DNA of 63,528 bases, filler included, from Octopus bimaculoides (Eukaryota): NCBI RefSeq assembly GCF_001194135.2. It is 5 parts of 5 records of this genome, joined end to end, with 100 filler letters (N's around TTAATTAATTAA, not from the genome) between each part and the next. Parts side by side here need not be neighbours in the genome. Positions count along the whole stretch, not along the records: positions 14,881 to 30,125 come from NC_068982.1; positions 30,226 to 43,401 come from NC_068988.1; 3 more parts are not named here. The stretch is one strand, 5' to 3'. Both the position numbers and the translations under genes were made by a program. The notes under the pieces were generated by a model. The model searched no databases and was not told the DNA's origin. It saw only the letters and a list, made by a program, of their open reading frames with translations. This document shows, piece after piece, positions 25,691-38,349 of this stretch. The first letter of the stretch is position 1. Each line of letters begins with the position of its first letter.

Positions 25691-28499
25691 ATTATTGATT
25701 GCTGTTTTGTAATAAAACTTGGAGTAGCGATCTGTGAAATCTCTGGTTTGAATAAATACTAATTGTGTACGCCTCTGTGTGTACCATCGTTGAAATATAT
25801 AATGATACTAGACTGCTTATTTCAAATGTATGAGCTAAGGGTTCAGGGTGAGACAAGTGTGCGATACGATTCGGAATCTAAGAGCTGAAAAATATTTAGA
25901 TCTACTGATATTGCTAAATTGATTTTGAAACATTGCAACTTATCGAACCACAGCTTGGCAAATGACCAACTTCTTCAATTCACCTTTGCAACTCTCCAAA
26001 ATTACCTCGCAGCTTCCCCGAACCACCTTGCAATTTATCAAAATATCCCGCAACTTTTCTATATCACCCTCACAACTTTCCAGAATACTCCTCTAGTTTC
26101 CAAAATCCTCTCGAAACTTTCCAAACTCATCCCATAACCTTTCAAATCATCCTGCAACTTCTTCCATCATATAATGCAGTGGTATGGCAAGGAGTCTTAA
26201 CAGCCAGGGTCAAAGGCACTGTTGGCGTCCGCCCTTAATTAATAGATATCCCGTCACATTGCTTCCGAATACGACTGCCACTTCACGTCCTTCCTTCTTG
26301 CTGTTTCTGGTATAGTGTTTTTGAACTAGTGAATGATAAATTCTGAAACTACCCATAACTATTAATGCTTCCTCGAGTACTCCACCAAAAGCTTCATGTA
26401 AACACGGAGTATCAAAACTTGAGTCAGTTTAGTGGATCGCTTTTGACAAATGTTGATAATTGCTGCAATGACGGAATTAGCAGTTAGTAAAGTCCATAGC
26501 TTACTTCAAGAAATATCAGAGTAGAATCGCAAATTACTGGTGAACCAAAAGTTCACCAGTGACTCGCTGCACAGAAGCTTTTTAACGACACGAAATTTTT
26601 GCTAAGCAATAGCTAAACAAGAGTCAAAAGAAATACCACTTTCCTCCATTAATTTCAACTATGAACTAAATAAATTAATGAATTAATTAATTAAATAAAT
26701 AGATAAAATAGATGAGTGAAAATTATATTAATAGTGATTATTCATTGATTAATTAATCAATAGCTTTTCAGTTTTTTCCGAGATGTATTTTCTTTATAAA
26801 CATACAATGGTTTTATTGATACTTTATAGAATTGGTTATAAACTACAGATTGTTATGTCTATAAATTTGTGCAATCAATGCTTGTTTCTTTGGCGACGAC
26901 AACATGTGATAGTTAAACTTCGTAGCTGTCTTGGCTGCTGGATTGACTAGCTGGATAAGATTTTAGGCTGGTTGCCTGATTAACCGGTTAATTAGTTACA
27001 GTTAGTTAAGCTGGTTAAGATTTTGTATCTTTTTCTGTAAGTGAGAGTGGGCAGGTAAAAGAAAGTTTCGTAAGTGTGTTAGAAGGACGGCAGGAAGGTT
27101 CGTTTTAGTACTGCATGTTTGTTGGGCTTCCAAGAATGTGAGGATGTCTGTGGTTGATAAGTTACAGAAGAACTAATTCAGGAAGTCAACAGTAGAGTAC
27201 TAAGTAGATCCAAATCACAGAAGTACAAGCTACCTAACTATGAATAATTATTCTTTTAACGGCAGAAACAGATCTCATGACCCAAGAAGGAGGGCTTTGC
27301 GCAATGAATTGCTCAACTAGAAATAGCAGTCAAATCTCCAAGAAGTCACAACCTTCTATCTTAAAATGGGAAAGGGACCTAAGTGTCCAGGACAATGCAA
27401 TATTAAATACATTATACTTTCAGCAAAGGACAATCATGTTTTGAGTGCGTTTGGCCATAGGAAAGGTCAACCATGGCTCATTCGGAGGTAAACAACAAAA
27501 ACTACTACAACTACTACTACTCATTGTTTTAAGCAACAGTAGTATTGTAAATTGACCGGGTTTCGCAAACTTACCAAGCAGGATTCATCTCTTCCTGTGT
27601 ATGTAGCTTTGGGTTACTTCTTACAGTAAATGAAAACTAAATATTCATTTACAAGACAACAACCCATTAAGGGATGGAAGAGGCTTTCATTCAGTGAATC
27701 ATATGGCAAATTAACAGAGAAAATAACATGATACTGTTAGAAAGAGGATTTGAACTTAGTACTGCAACTCCTGATGACATCGTTGATGGTAATGCTTCTG
27801 CAGTTTCTGTGGCAACACATCCTTTTTTTTTTGTATAGGGTTGAGGGATTCTGAGTTCAATACTGTACACCAGGTCACAGACCTCAATTACACAGCAATT
27901 CTACCGTCCATTGTAGCAAACAGCAGCAACATTCTCTGAACTATCTAAGCTTGTTATAAAAGGTTTGGTTCAGTGGTTACAAACACTCTCGCTGCAGTGA
28001 ACAAAAAAATGTTAATTAAGATTGTACACATATTGAGGAGAGAAAACAACTGTTAATTATAAATTCTGATCAATAAGAGCAAGCTAGTCTATTCAAAAAA
28101 TTTAATGAACTAAAATTAATATAAAATTGAAGGTCGGACGGTAGTAAATCCGGTTTTTGTCAAGTACGGTAACAACTTCGGAGATGTTTCTGTATTTCTT
28201 GAGTTCAATGAAGCATAATCGTGTATCCCACACCCTTTATTCTGTTACGGATTAAACACGACGTCTATTTACAGCTAAGTTATTTATTAGTTAAACGTGG
28301 TCATCGGTTTAACACTCTTTTAAACTCTCTACCAGCTATAGTTGACATATGAATTAAAGTGAGTCGGAAATATATCTGATACTGATATTATTGTGATTAT
28401 TCAGTATTTTCTTTCAAGAATTTTGAAGAGAAATATTTAATGTAAAAACAAACACAATTTATGCTTCTTTGGGTTTTTCTTTTTCCTTTTCCTTTATTT

Positions 28500-28735
28500 A
28501 AAACATGGAACTATTTAATATTGGTTTCAAATTTTGGCATAAGTCCAGCAATTTCGGGGGAGAGTATAAGTCGATTACATCGACCCCAGTGCTCAACTTA
28601 TACTTATTTTATCGACCCCGAAAGGATGAAAGGTACAGTCGACTTTAGTAGAATTTGAAATCAGAAGATTAAAACGGACGAAATGCCGCTAAACATTTTG
28701 CCCGGTGTGTAACGATTCTGCCAACTCGCTGTCTT
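28500..28735 (-). mobile_element. SINE copy (minus) just upstream of peroxidase exon E; further minus copies at ~50195-50358 and ~57100-57300
   Basis: agtcgattacatcgaccccagtgctcaact...ttttatcgaccccgaaaggatgaaagg is the reverse complement of the family core. Confidence 0.85.
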
Positions 28736-28794
28736 ATGGGTATGTTTGTTATTAATTTTCAATCTATATATTTACTCTTGATTCTTTTTTTCAG

Positions 28795-28887
28795 GTTTGT
28801 TGAAAGAATCTGGAGTGCATCTTCTCCCTAAGGACTCTCAGCAAAGCTGTGTGTTGACTTCATCAGACAATTATTGTTTCAGAGCAG
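28795..28887 (+). CDS. Heme peroxidase internal exon E
   Basis: ttttcag|GT...GCAG|gtaaa; 93 nt, phase 1/1. Translates (G)LLKESGVHLLPKDSQQSCVLTSSDNYCFRA(G), ending just before the GDxR distal-Arg motif. Confidence 0.92.
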
Positions 28888-29607
28888 GTAAAGAGAAACA
28901 TTACATTTTACGTGTTGCTAACATTTTTATGGAGATAAAAATTTTGAGGAGAAAAATCAGTACAAAAGACTCAAAAATATAGCTGTATGTATTTTTTGTT
29001 CCATTACTCGTCCTTAAGGAATCATACGAATCAGTGAAAGTTCCCAACAGACAGAAACTTTGCTTCAACGATATTTCTCAAATGATACAAGATAAAAATG
29101 CCTTACTTGAATAGAGACGGAGGTCAGATTTAACTGATACCGTTCGCTAATTAAGTGGCATTATCAGACAGGCCATTGTCTGGCCACTGTTGGATTCAAC
29201 TATCTGAAATCGTACGGTTTTGTATTTGTAGGAAACGGAAGTGTTAAGTTACTCTTCTGTTAAGTTACAGATAATAGTGAAAAATCGATAAAGTGACAAT
29301 AAGGTTCTAGTAACCCGGTAATGTAATTAGTCATTCCCTATCTGTCGCCCCATCTTTCTCTCTCTCTCCCTCCCACCTCTCTCCCCCCTCTCTCTCTCTG
29401 CTCGCTGTTTATACACCTGTCTTCGTCTTTTGTTTTTCTGTAAATTTCAACTATATATATTTAGAGAGAGAAAGAGAGAGTTCTTTGTATATGTATATCT
29501 ATGTGTGTGTATGTTTATATATATATGTGTGTGTGTGTTTCTGTGTCAGTGTGTAAGTATGTATTTATGTATGTGTATGTATATATGTATGTATATATGT
29601 ATGCACA

Positions 29608-29644
<37 letters not shown>

Positions 29645-29792
29645 ACATATGTACAAATAAGAAATGGTTCTATCCAATCTTTTGTACGTTTCTCACCAAA
29701 CAGGATTTGTACGGTTCACTTTTTCACCACCAGATTCATTATTGCTCATAGTTCTTGTATCTTTAATTTTACAAATATACGCGTGCGCGCGA

Positions 29793-29877
<85 letters not shown>

Positions 29878-30599
29878 TACATACATATAATATGAGTGTG
29901 TGTGTGTAGGTATGTATGTATCAAAACAAAGAGGGATTAATGAGGTATTAGAAATCCAGGAGAAATACTTCTTTAGCTCTCTGTAGATAAGGATACACCA
30001 GGCTAACAAAAAAGTTTTGTGATTAACCTTGTCCGCCAGGTCATCCAAATTAAAGTCCATCACCAGTCAAATTTGTAAATCCACGGTTTCAATACCCAGT
30101 TTATATGGTATATTTTTACATATATNNNNNNNNNNNNNNNNNNNNNNNNNNNNNNNNNNNNNNNNNNNNTTAATTAATTAANNNNNNNNNNNNNNNNNNN
30201 NNNNNNNNNNNNNNNNNNNNNNNNNTTGATGTCTTTTAAGGTAGAAACATATACATAGAAAATGTCATCGTAGAAAATGTTTACGATAGTTGATTTATAG
30301 AAAAGGTTATGTTTAATTTTTGAAATGCAAATATGTGAATGAAAATTAAGATCAGACCTCTACATGGTAACTAGACTTGGTAGAAATAGCAGCCAAATCT
30401 CCCTCAAAACACCCTACTGTCTTAATCCGACAATTCTGCGTATTATGTAGTTTGAAAACTCCTGAAGAACGAATTTGTACGTAGTGTGTTTGTGAGAGCT
30501 ATTCTATTGGACCTGTGTCTAATCATGAAAACATTGATTTAATTATGAACATAGAAAGAAATTATATATTAAGCAGTTGTATCGGTAAAAGTTTTATTT

Positions 30600-32830
30600 G
30601 CAGAGAGCAAAAATTGAAAGAAGATATATGAATTGGTTCCTTCTTATTACACATGGTGTAAGAATAAACAGAATAGATGCAAAATAGGTACAAAGGTTCA
30701 AGGGCATTCTGATATTAAGTTTGAAACAACAATTGGTAGATTATATATTGTACATCCTAACCAAAATAAATGCGTTCATCTCAGAATGCTTCTTCATGTA
30801 AAAAGAGGACCAACTTCATGAGAAAGTTTGAAACAAGTTGATGGTGAGATTTGAGAAGATATCAAGAAGCGTGTTTCAAGTTAGGTTTGCTTGCGAATGA
30901 TCAGCAATGGGAAGCTACATTAGAAGAAGCTTCAATATCAAAAGCACCTAAGATTTTAAGATGTCTTTTTGCTATTATTCTCAAAAATTGAAAAGTAAGT
31001 AATCCTGTTCAACTGTGGAATATGTCCAGAAATGATCTTGCTGAAGATTTCAAGCACCAACTTCAGTTTAATAATCCTGAGCAAGATATTGGTTTCACTG
31101 ATGCTATATACAATGCGGCTTTGATTGAAATAGATCAAATTATTTCCATGGGAAGTGAACCTATAAAAAATTTAGGCCTCCCACTAACTAATAGAGGGGA
31201 TCATAACACTCTGTCCACTGAAATAATGAGAGAAATTTCCTATGATAAGGATGAACTGACCATGCACATAAATGATAATCTACCTGATCAACGTCATGCA
31301 TATTCCATTCTCATAGAAAGTATTAACAATAGCATATGAAGACTTTATTTCTTAGATGCTCCAGGAGGTACTGGGAAAACATTTGTAATTAAATTCCTCC
31401 TGGCTAAAGTTTGTCAAGAAAATAAAATAGCTTTAGCTACTGCTACTTCTGGGATTGCAGCAACATTACTACCTGGAGGTTGGACTGCCCATTCAACATT
31501 CGAGTTACTTCTATATTTATGTAACAAATAAGATCCAGTTTGTAATATATCTAAAAATTCTGCAATGGGTGAACTAATACAAAGATGTCACTTAACTGTC
31601 TGGGACAAATGTACCATGGCCCACAAAAAAGCTTTTGAAGCTGTTGACAGGACATTATGAGACATTAGAAATTGCTATTCCATGATGGGAAATATCACAG
31701 TATTATTGTCAGGAGACTTCCGACAAACACTACCAGTTTTTTCTGAGAGGAACAAAAGTGGATGAGCTCAATGCTTCGATAAAGTCTTCTGTATTATGGC
31801 ATCATGTAAAAACACTTCTACTTTCAACAAATATGAGATCAAGGCTTTCAAGACATCAATTAGCTGAGCTATTTGCTGAGCAGCTTTTGAAATTCAGTGA
31901 AGTGAGACTTCCAATTGATGAAGAACAGTTTCTTACACTCAATCTGATATGTAATTCAACTCATTCCGTCGGTGATTTGGTGGATGAAATCTTTTCTAAT
32001 TTTCTTCATAATTACAATACAGATTAGATCTGTGAGCGAGCTATCCCGGCTCAAAAAAATGTTGCAGTACATAGCATTAATAATATGCTATTAAATAAGG
32101 TTCCAGGAGAAATATTCACTTACAACTCAATTGACAGTGTTGTTGATGATAGGGATAGTGTTAACTATCTCATCGAATTTTTGAACTTACGAGAACCACC
32201 AGTTTCAGCTTTTCATTGTCATCAGCTGAAACAAGGGACTCCTATTATGCTATTGCGTAATTTGTCTCAACCAAAATTATGCAATTGTGCAAGATTATTT
32301 GTGCACAAACTTATGGGGAACAGCATTGAGGCAAATATTCTCATTGGTTGTGATAAAGGTGACATCGTCTTAATTCCTCGCAAACCAGTTATACCATCTA
32401 ATGTCCCATTCTAATTTAAAGGGTTACAGTTTCCTATCCAAGTTTCTTTTGCCATGAGCATTAATAAAAGTCAGGGCCAAACACTAAAAGTTGCTGGATT
32501 GCAACTTGAACAACCATACTTTTCACATGGCCATCTTTATGTAGGAGCATCATGTGCGGGAGCAACAGCAAATCTTTTTGCTTATGCACTCCAAAATAAA
32601 ACTAAAAAACATTGTTTATAAAGAAATATTCACTCTTAATGCAACATAAATACTTCAATAACTTATTTTCCCATTACTACCATTACATTCAAGAATAACT
32701 AAATTACTTATGTCGATGAACTGTATTATATAATTGCCATTACTGTATTGGTGAATATAATAAAAAATAAATCTCACTATTGTCATATAATAAACAAACA
32801 GAAGTTCATCTCTTTTCTACTTCAATTATT
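30600..32830 (+). mobile_element. Helitron relic: PIF1-like helicase half of RepHel, many stops and frameshifts, plus 3' flank
   Basis: VPSYYTW, IGRLYIVHP, FLDAPGGTGKTF (~31348), SGIAATLLPGG, GDFRQTLP (~31711), LLRNLSQPKLCN, FAMSINKSQGQTL (~32450), SHGHLYVG. No Rep domain is seen. Confidence 0.95.
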
Positions 32831-33217
32831 ATGAGATTGATGCTTTCAAGAGATCAATAAGCTGAACTATTTGCAGAGTAGCTTTTGAAACTCGGTGAAG
32901 GGAGAGTTCCAACTGATGAAGAACAGTTTCTTACACTTAATGCAATATATAATTCAACTGATTCCATTGATGATTTGATGTATGAAACCTTTCCTAATCT
33001 TCTTCATAATTACAATAATACAGATCATATCAGTGAGAGATTTATTCTGGCTCCAAAAAATCTTCCTCTACATACCATTAATAATACGCTATTGAATAAA
33101 CTTCCAGTATTGTTGATGGTCAGGATAGTGTCAACTACCCCATCGAATTATTTAACTCACTACAACCACCAGGTACATCTCCACATTGTCTTCCATTTAA
33201 AAGACTCCTATTATGCT

Positions 33218-35511
33218 TTTAGGAAAGTGGGTTATACATCATTAGATGTACACCTGAGTTTCCTATATTAAATTAGAAGTGAACGGAACGCAGAACTCCA
33301 AACTGATCAACAACAACAATATTTATTCATGGTGGAAATTATACATCTTTAATCTGGTTTGTTGAGACGTCTTCGGAGTGTCAGAACATGGTTGTTGGGA
33401 CGTTGGTATATTGATGTGAGCTGTCTAGCGTAAGTTCGAAAGATGGAGAGACAGCTAGACACGTCCTTCCTTGCTCAATCGCTGGCCAGCAAGAAAGAGA
33501 TCGATCAAAGCGGGAAAGCTTGGTTGTTGAATTCCACGCATGCGTGAGACTACGCATGCGCACGGCGTTACTACAGGGCTCCTCTGCCAGTGCAGAACGC
33601 ATGATAATATTATTCTGTTGGAACGCCTGAGGCAGGATGGCCACTGAAAACCACCCACAAGATGTAGCACAAACACACAAAGAAAAATGAAAGAAATGAA
33701 ATGTACACTCGTGTGATACATGCATGCAATGTACAAAATGAAAGAAAATGTGTGAGTGCACAAGTGTGTGTGTGAGTGAAATCACAGAACATATTAAAAG
33801 TGTCTGTAGAGATAAAAAAACTATATATCCAGTTCGTATGAGAATTACACAAGATTATAGTATGTCCATACGCAGGAAGTTGTGGTCAAAGGAGCAGAGC
33901 TGTAGTTGAGCGTCGGATGCTAGTTGTGACCTGTTACCTGGTACGGAATATTCTATAAAAGTTACACAAGGAAATTTGGAATGTTAATACACAGGAAGTC
34001 GTGGTCAGTGAGCAGAGCTATAGTTGAGCATCGGATGCTAGTTGAGACCTGTTACCTGGTATTAAATATCCTAGTCGGTTAGTTCTGACTGTTGTGCGTG
34101 AGTGGATACTCCACTCATACAGTGAAGATAAAACCGAGTGTGTTGATATTGGTTGCTTGTGTACTTGGAGTTGTGGTTGTTGGCGCACGACATTGTGGTA
34201 GACAGTACATTGGTGGTGAAGACGTCGGCGCAGGAACTGCTATAGCTGTGTTCTGTATGTGTGGTGGCAATGATGTCCTGTTGAAACTTGGCGACGTCGG
34301 GGGAATGCTCGTAGTTGGTAGTAGTTGTTGTTGTCGTCGCGGTGGTAATCTTGGTTGAACGAAGTTGGTGGCGAAAAGGCTGTTTGGTGATGATGGTGTT
34401 TGAAGAGGTGCGCTTTTACAGACGGTCGACAGACAAATCTCTGTACAACCATTAGCGAAAACCTCCAAGAAAATTTTTTTAACCCAAGATGAAATTGTTC
34501 GCATGTGACGACAAGGAGAAATGGTGACGAATGGAAAAACAGAGGACTCCTTTTATTTAAACATGTCACACGGTCGAACACAAAATAATATATCAAAGAT
34601 GATATACAAATATGTTATACTACGATAACATAAATAGCCAGTAATGAGACGATAAAAGATAATAAACACAACCGTATAAAATGAATAACAAGAGATATTT
34701 AGTGTGGCATAAAAGATGTATGTGTATGTGAGAGTGTGAATGCGACATATAAGAACATAATAAAAGACAGGCCATCTANNNNNNNNNNNNNNNNNNNNNN
34801 NNNNNNNNNNNNNNNNNNNNNNNNNNNNNNNNNNNNNNNNNNNNNNNNNNNNNNNNNNNNNNNNNNNNNNNNNNNNNNNNNNNNNNNNNNNNNNNNNNNN
34901 NNNNNNNNNNNNNNNNNNNNNNNNNNNNNNNNNNNNNNNNNNNNNNNNNNNNNNNNNNNNNNNNNNNNNNNNNNNNNNNNNNNNNNNNNNNNNNNNNNNN
35001 NNNNNNNNNNNNNNNNNNNNNNNNNNNNNNNNNNNNNNNNNNNNNNNNNNNNNNNNNNNNNNNNNNNNNNNNNNNNNNNNNNNNNNNNNNNNNNNNNNNN
35101 NNNNNNNNNNNNNNNNNNNNNNNNNNNAAATAGCTCAGCGGGCTGCGTGTTTGAATCACGTCGGGGTCACCACTTTAGGAAAGTAGGTTATACATCATTA
35201 GATGTACACCTGACTTTCCTATATTAAATTAGAAGTGAACGGAACGCAGAACTCCAAACTGATCAACAACAACAATATTTATTCATGGTGGAAATTATAC
35301 ATCTTTAATCTGGTTTGTTGAGACGTCTTCGGTGTGTCAGAACATGGTTGTTGGGACGTTGGTATATTGATGCGAGCTGTCTAGCGTAAGTTTGAAAGAT
35401 GGAGAGACAGCTAGACACGTCCTTGCTCAATCGCTGGCCAGCAAGAAAGAGATCGATCAAAGTGGGAAAGCTTGGTTGTTGAATTCCACGCATGCGCACG
35501 GCGTTACTACA
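33218..35511 (-). mobile_element. Internally deleted Ty3/Gypsy LTR retrotransposon (CsRn1/Kabuki-like by tRNA-Trp PBS)
   Basis: LTRs 33218-33575 (358 bp) and 35174-35511 (338 bp) differ by 6 substitutions and 2 indels by eye; on minus they run TGTAG...CCTAAA. TSD TGCT at 33214-17 and 35512-15. PBS TGGTGACCCCGACGTGATT at 35172 downward; purine run GGCAGAGGAG before the 3' LTR. Degenerate integrase C-terminus (NG...SVDRL-KAHL) near 34400-34560. Internal gap 34779-35128. Confidence 0.9.
35141..35172 (-). other. Primer-binding site complementary to the tRNA-Trp 3' end (32-nt match)
   Basis: Plus strand GGCTGCGTGTTTGAATCACGTCGGGGTCACCA equals the 3' half of eukaryotic tRNA-Trp including CCA, with one C>T in TTCGAA against the tRNA-Trp sequence as I recall it. 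It sits 1 nt from the LTR. Confidence 0.85.
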
Positions 35512-36151
35512 TGCTATTACATATTTTGTCTCAACCAAAATTATACAATGATACAAGATTAATTGTGCACAAACTTCATTGACACAAACATTCTCACTGT
35601 ATGTTCCCCGAAATAAAACAAAAAACATTGTTCATAAAGAAATATTCATTCTTAATGCAACATGAATACTTCAATAACTTCATTTACCATTACTATCATT
35701 ACATTCAAGAATGAGTAAGTTACCTATGTCGATGAACTGTATTATATAATTGCCATTACTATATTGATAAAGAAAATAGCACATACATCTCACTTATTAT
35801 CATGTAATAAAAAAACAGAACTTCAGGTATAAAAATGATCTTTTTTCTACTTCAATTATTACATGTTTTTCTCTTATAAAAATATATCATTGCCATTACA
35901 GTATAGATAAATAAAATAACACATACAACTCACATATTATTGTCATATCATAAACAAACACAAGTTCATGTATGATATTGATCTTTCTTCTACTTCAATT
36001 ATTATATGGTTTTCTCTTCTAAAAATACACACATACAGGAGGAGTAAATTATACATATAATAATACTTTCAATGTGGCTCCCAATAAACAGTAAAAGTAA
36101 TTACATGATCAATGACAGGTTTTATTGCTAGTAGATATATATATATGTCGT

Positions 36152-36211
<60 letters not shown>

Positions 36212-36216
<5 letters not shown>

Positions 36217-36375
36217 GCTTCTTTCAGTTTACGTCTACCAAATCCACTCACAAGACTTTGGTTGGCCCGAGGCTATAGGAGAAGACACTTGCCCAAGCTG
36301 CCAGGCAGTGGAACTGAACCCAGAATCATGTGGTTGGGAAGCAAGCTTCTTACCACAGAGTCATACCTGTGCCTA
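36212..36375 (-). mobile_element. Second short tRNA-SINE family (other minus copies ~24379-24452, ~48708-48856, ~59858-59992)
   Basis: Shared gggcttctttcagtttccgtctaccaaatccactcacaag...gaagacacttgcccaag...ggttgggaagcaagcttcttaccac, ending in (TA)n. Confidence 0.8.
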
Positions 36376-36439
36376 TGCTTAGTTTTACCATGTTTTACAT
36401 ACCTGTCATATACATCAGGTAAATGATTCTGATAAAAAC

Positions 36440-38160
36440 AAACATGATATGGAATAATTCTCCATCATATGTGTATGACCCCACCAACTCCATTTTTTTT
36501 TTAAAGTAAAGATAAATGCTGCACCCACTAAAATCATGAAATTTTTGGTAGATATTTACAATTACACCATACTTGCTAAACACTATTTTGAAGTGTGGTT
36601 GTTATCGAAGGAGCTGTAAATGAATTTAGGGTTTGGAATTCTGGTTAGGGTTAGTATTTAGCAAGTATGGTGTTATTGTAAATATTTACCAAATTCTTAT
36701 CCCGTCACAATTTTGTTCATCAGTAACCAATCTTTGTTTGAATGTGCACACGACAAGACCGTACACAGAAATTTTGTTTCAGAAAACTACTTCTTACATA
36801 CCTTGCTGTCAATTCATTGGAATAATCCTAACAAAATACTACAAATTTAGTCACTGGCTCAGCACCTGTGTTTGTGTTCTTCATTCCAAAATAATAAAAA
36901 CTTTAACATACTTCCAAAATGGGACTTCATCTATGTATATCTGCATGCATATATGTGCAGGTGTATATGTGTGTGTGGAGGGGGGGGTAGTGCGCAAGAA
37001 AAACATTTATGGAAAAATGTACTCATAAAAATTCTATTAAAATAACTCATCCCTATTTACACTTGACAGATATTTGTCTTCATCTTGTTTGTTGTTAAAA
37101 CGTTTTGGCTGATATACCCTCCAGCCTTCATCAGGTGTCTTGGGGGAAATTTCGAACCTGGGTTTTCATTCCTAAGGTATTTTCGATGTTGTTGTTGTTA
37201 TTATTATTATTATTATTANNNNNNNNNNNNNNNNNNNNNNNNNNNNNNNNNNNNNNNNNNNNNNNNNNNNNNNNNNNNNNNNNNNNNNNNNNNNNNNNNN
37301 NNNNNNNNNNNNNNNNNNNNNNNNNNNNNNNNNNNNNNNNNNNNNNNNNNNNNNNNNNNNNNNNNNNNNNNNNNNNNNNNNNNNNNNNNNNNNNNNNNNN
37401 NNNNNNNNNNNNNNNNNNNNNNNNNNNNNNNNNNNNNNNNNNNNNNNNNNNNNNNNNNNNNNNNNNNNNNNNNNNNNNNNNNNNNNNNNNNNNNNNNNNN
37501 NNNNNNNNNNNNNNNNNNNNNNNNNNNNNNNNNNNNNNNNNNNNNNNNNNNNNNNNNNNNNNNNNNNNNNNNNNNNNNNNNNNNNNNNNNNNNNNNNNNN
37601 NNNNNNNNNNNNNNNNNNNNNNNNNNNNNNNNNNNNNNNNNNNNNNNNNNNNNNNNNNNNNNNNNNNNNNNNNNNNNNNNNNNNNNNNNNNNNNNNNNNN
37701 NNNNNNNNNNNNNNNNNNNNNNNNNNNNNNNNNNNNNNNNNNNNNNNNNNNNNNNNNNNNNNNNNNNNNNNNNNNNNNNNNNNNNNNNNNNNNNNNNNNN
37801 NNNNNNNNNNNNNNNNNNNNNNNNNNNNNNNNNNNNNNNNNNNNNNNNNNNNNNNNNNNNNNNNNNNNNNNNNNNNNNNNNNNNNNNNNNNNNNNNNNNN
37901 NNNNNNNNNNNNNNNNNNNNNNNNNNNNNNNNNNNNNNNNNNNNNNNNNNNNNNNNNNNNNNNNNNNNNNNNNNNNNNNNNNNNNNNNNNNNNNNNNNNN
38001 NNNNNNNNNNNNNNNNNNNNNNNNNNNNNNNNNTATAGAACTAACTTATCTGCCATGTTTGCAATTTTTCATATAAATGATAGCAAAGTGTGTATCAAAT
38101 GAAATTAAAATCCTGGTTCAGTGATAGATTGACCAAGTTAGAAAAGATTTAGCATTTAAA
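36440..38160 (+). repeat. Dispersed element copy 1 (36440-37056 + 38040-38160), containing a 29-bp hairpin with TTAGGG-like loop; interrupted by a Penelope-like end and a gap
   Basis: Aligns in reverse complement with 42420-43025; arms 36552-36580 and 36657-36685 match at 28/29. Confidence 0.75.
37091..37139 (-). ncRNA. Degenerate minimal type-I hammerhead ribozyme motif (Penelope-like terminal repeat)
   Basis: GACAC CTGATGA A GGCTG gagggtatat CAGCC AAAA CG TT: core CUGAUGA and a perfect 5-bp stem II. GAAA is mutated to AAAA and the stem I partner is damaged. Confidence 0.55.
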
Positions 38161-38349
38161 ACTTGTATACAAACACAACACAAAAATAATTTATGGCTTG
38201 ACATTAAAACTGACATAGATGTGGAAATTTGAGGTTCAGGAGGGGGAAGAAAAAAGCAGTTTAACTCCAATTGAAATCCATTTTTCTTTTTTTTCTAACA
38301 TTGAAGACTGCTAAATATCGTCTGCTTAGTGTTTGTCATAGGAAGGACT

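Larger units (their letters stand above)
32830..36030 (+). mobile_element. Tandem partial duplicate of the Helitron 3' part (32830-33217 + 35516-~36030), split by an LTR element and ending in ~130-bp tandem repeats
   Basis: From ~32830 the sequence restarts at the match to ~31832 (atgagat..gctttcaaga..tcaat..gctga.ctatttgc). After the LTR element it resumes with ttgtctcaaccaaaatta (copy 1 ~32263) and the 3' flank. Confidence 0.85.

Noticed and set aside
35141-35172. tRNA-Trp gene
   Set aside because: Only the 3' half is present, with encoded CCA, 1 nt from an LTR; this is a PBS.
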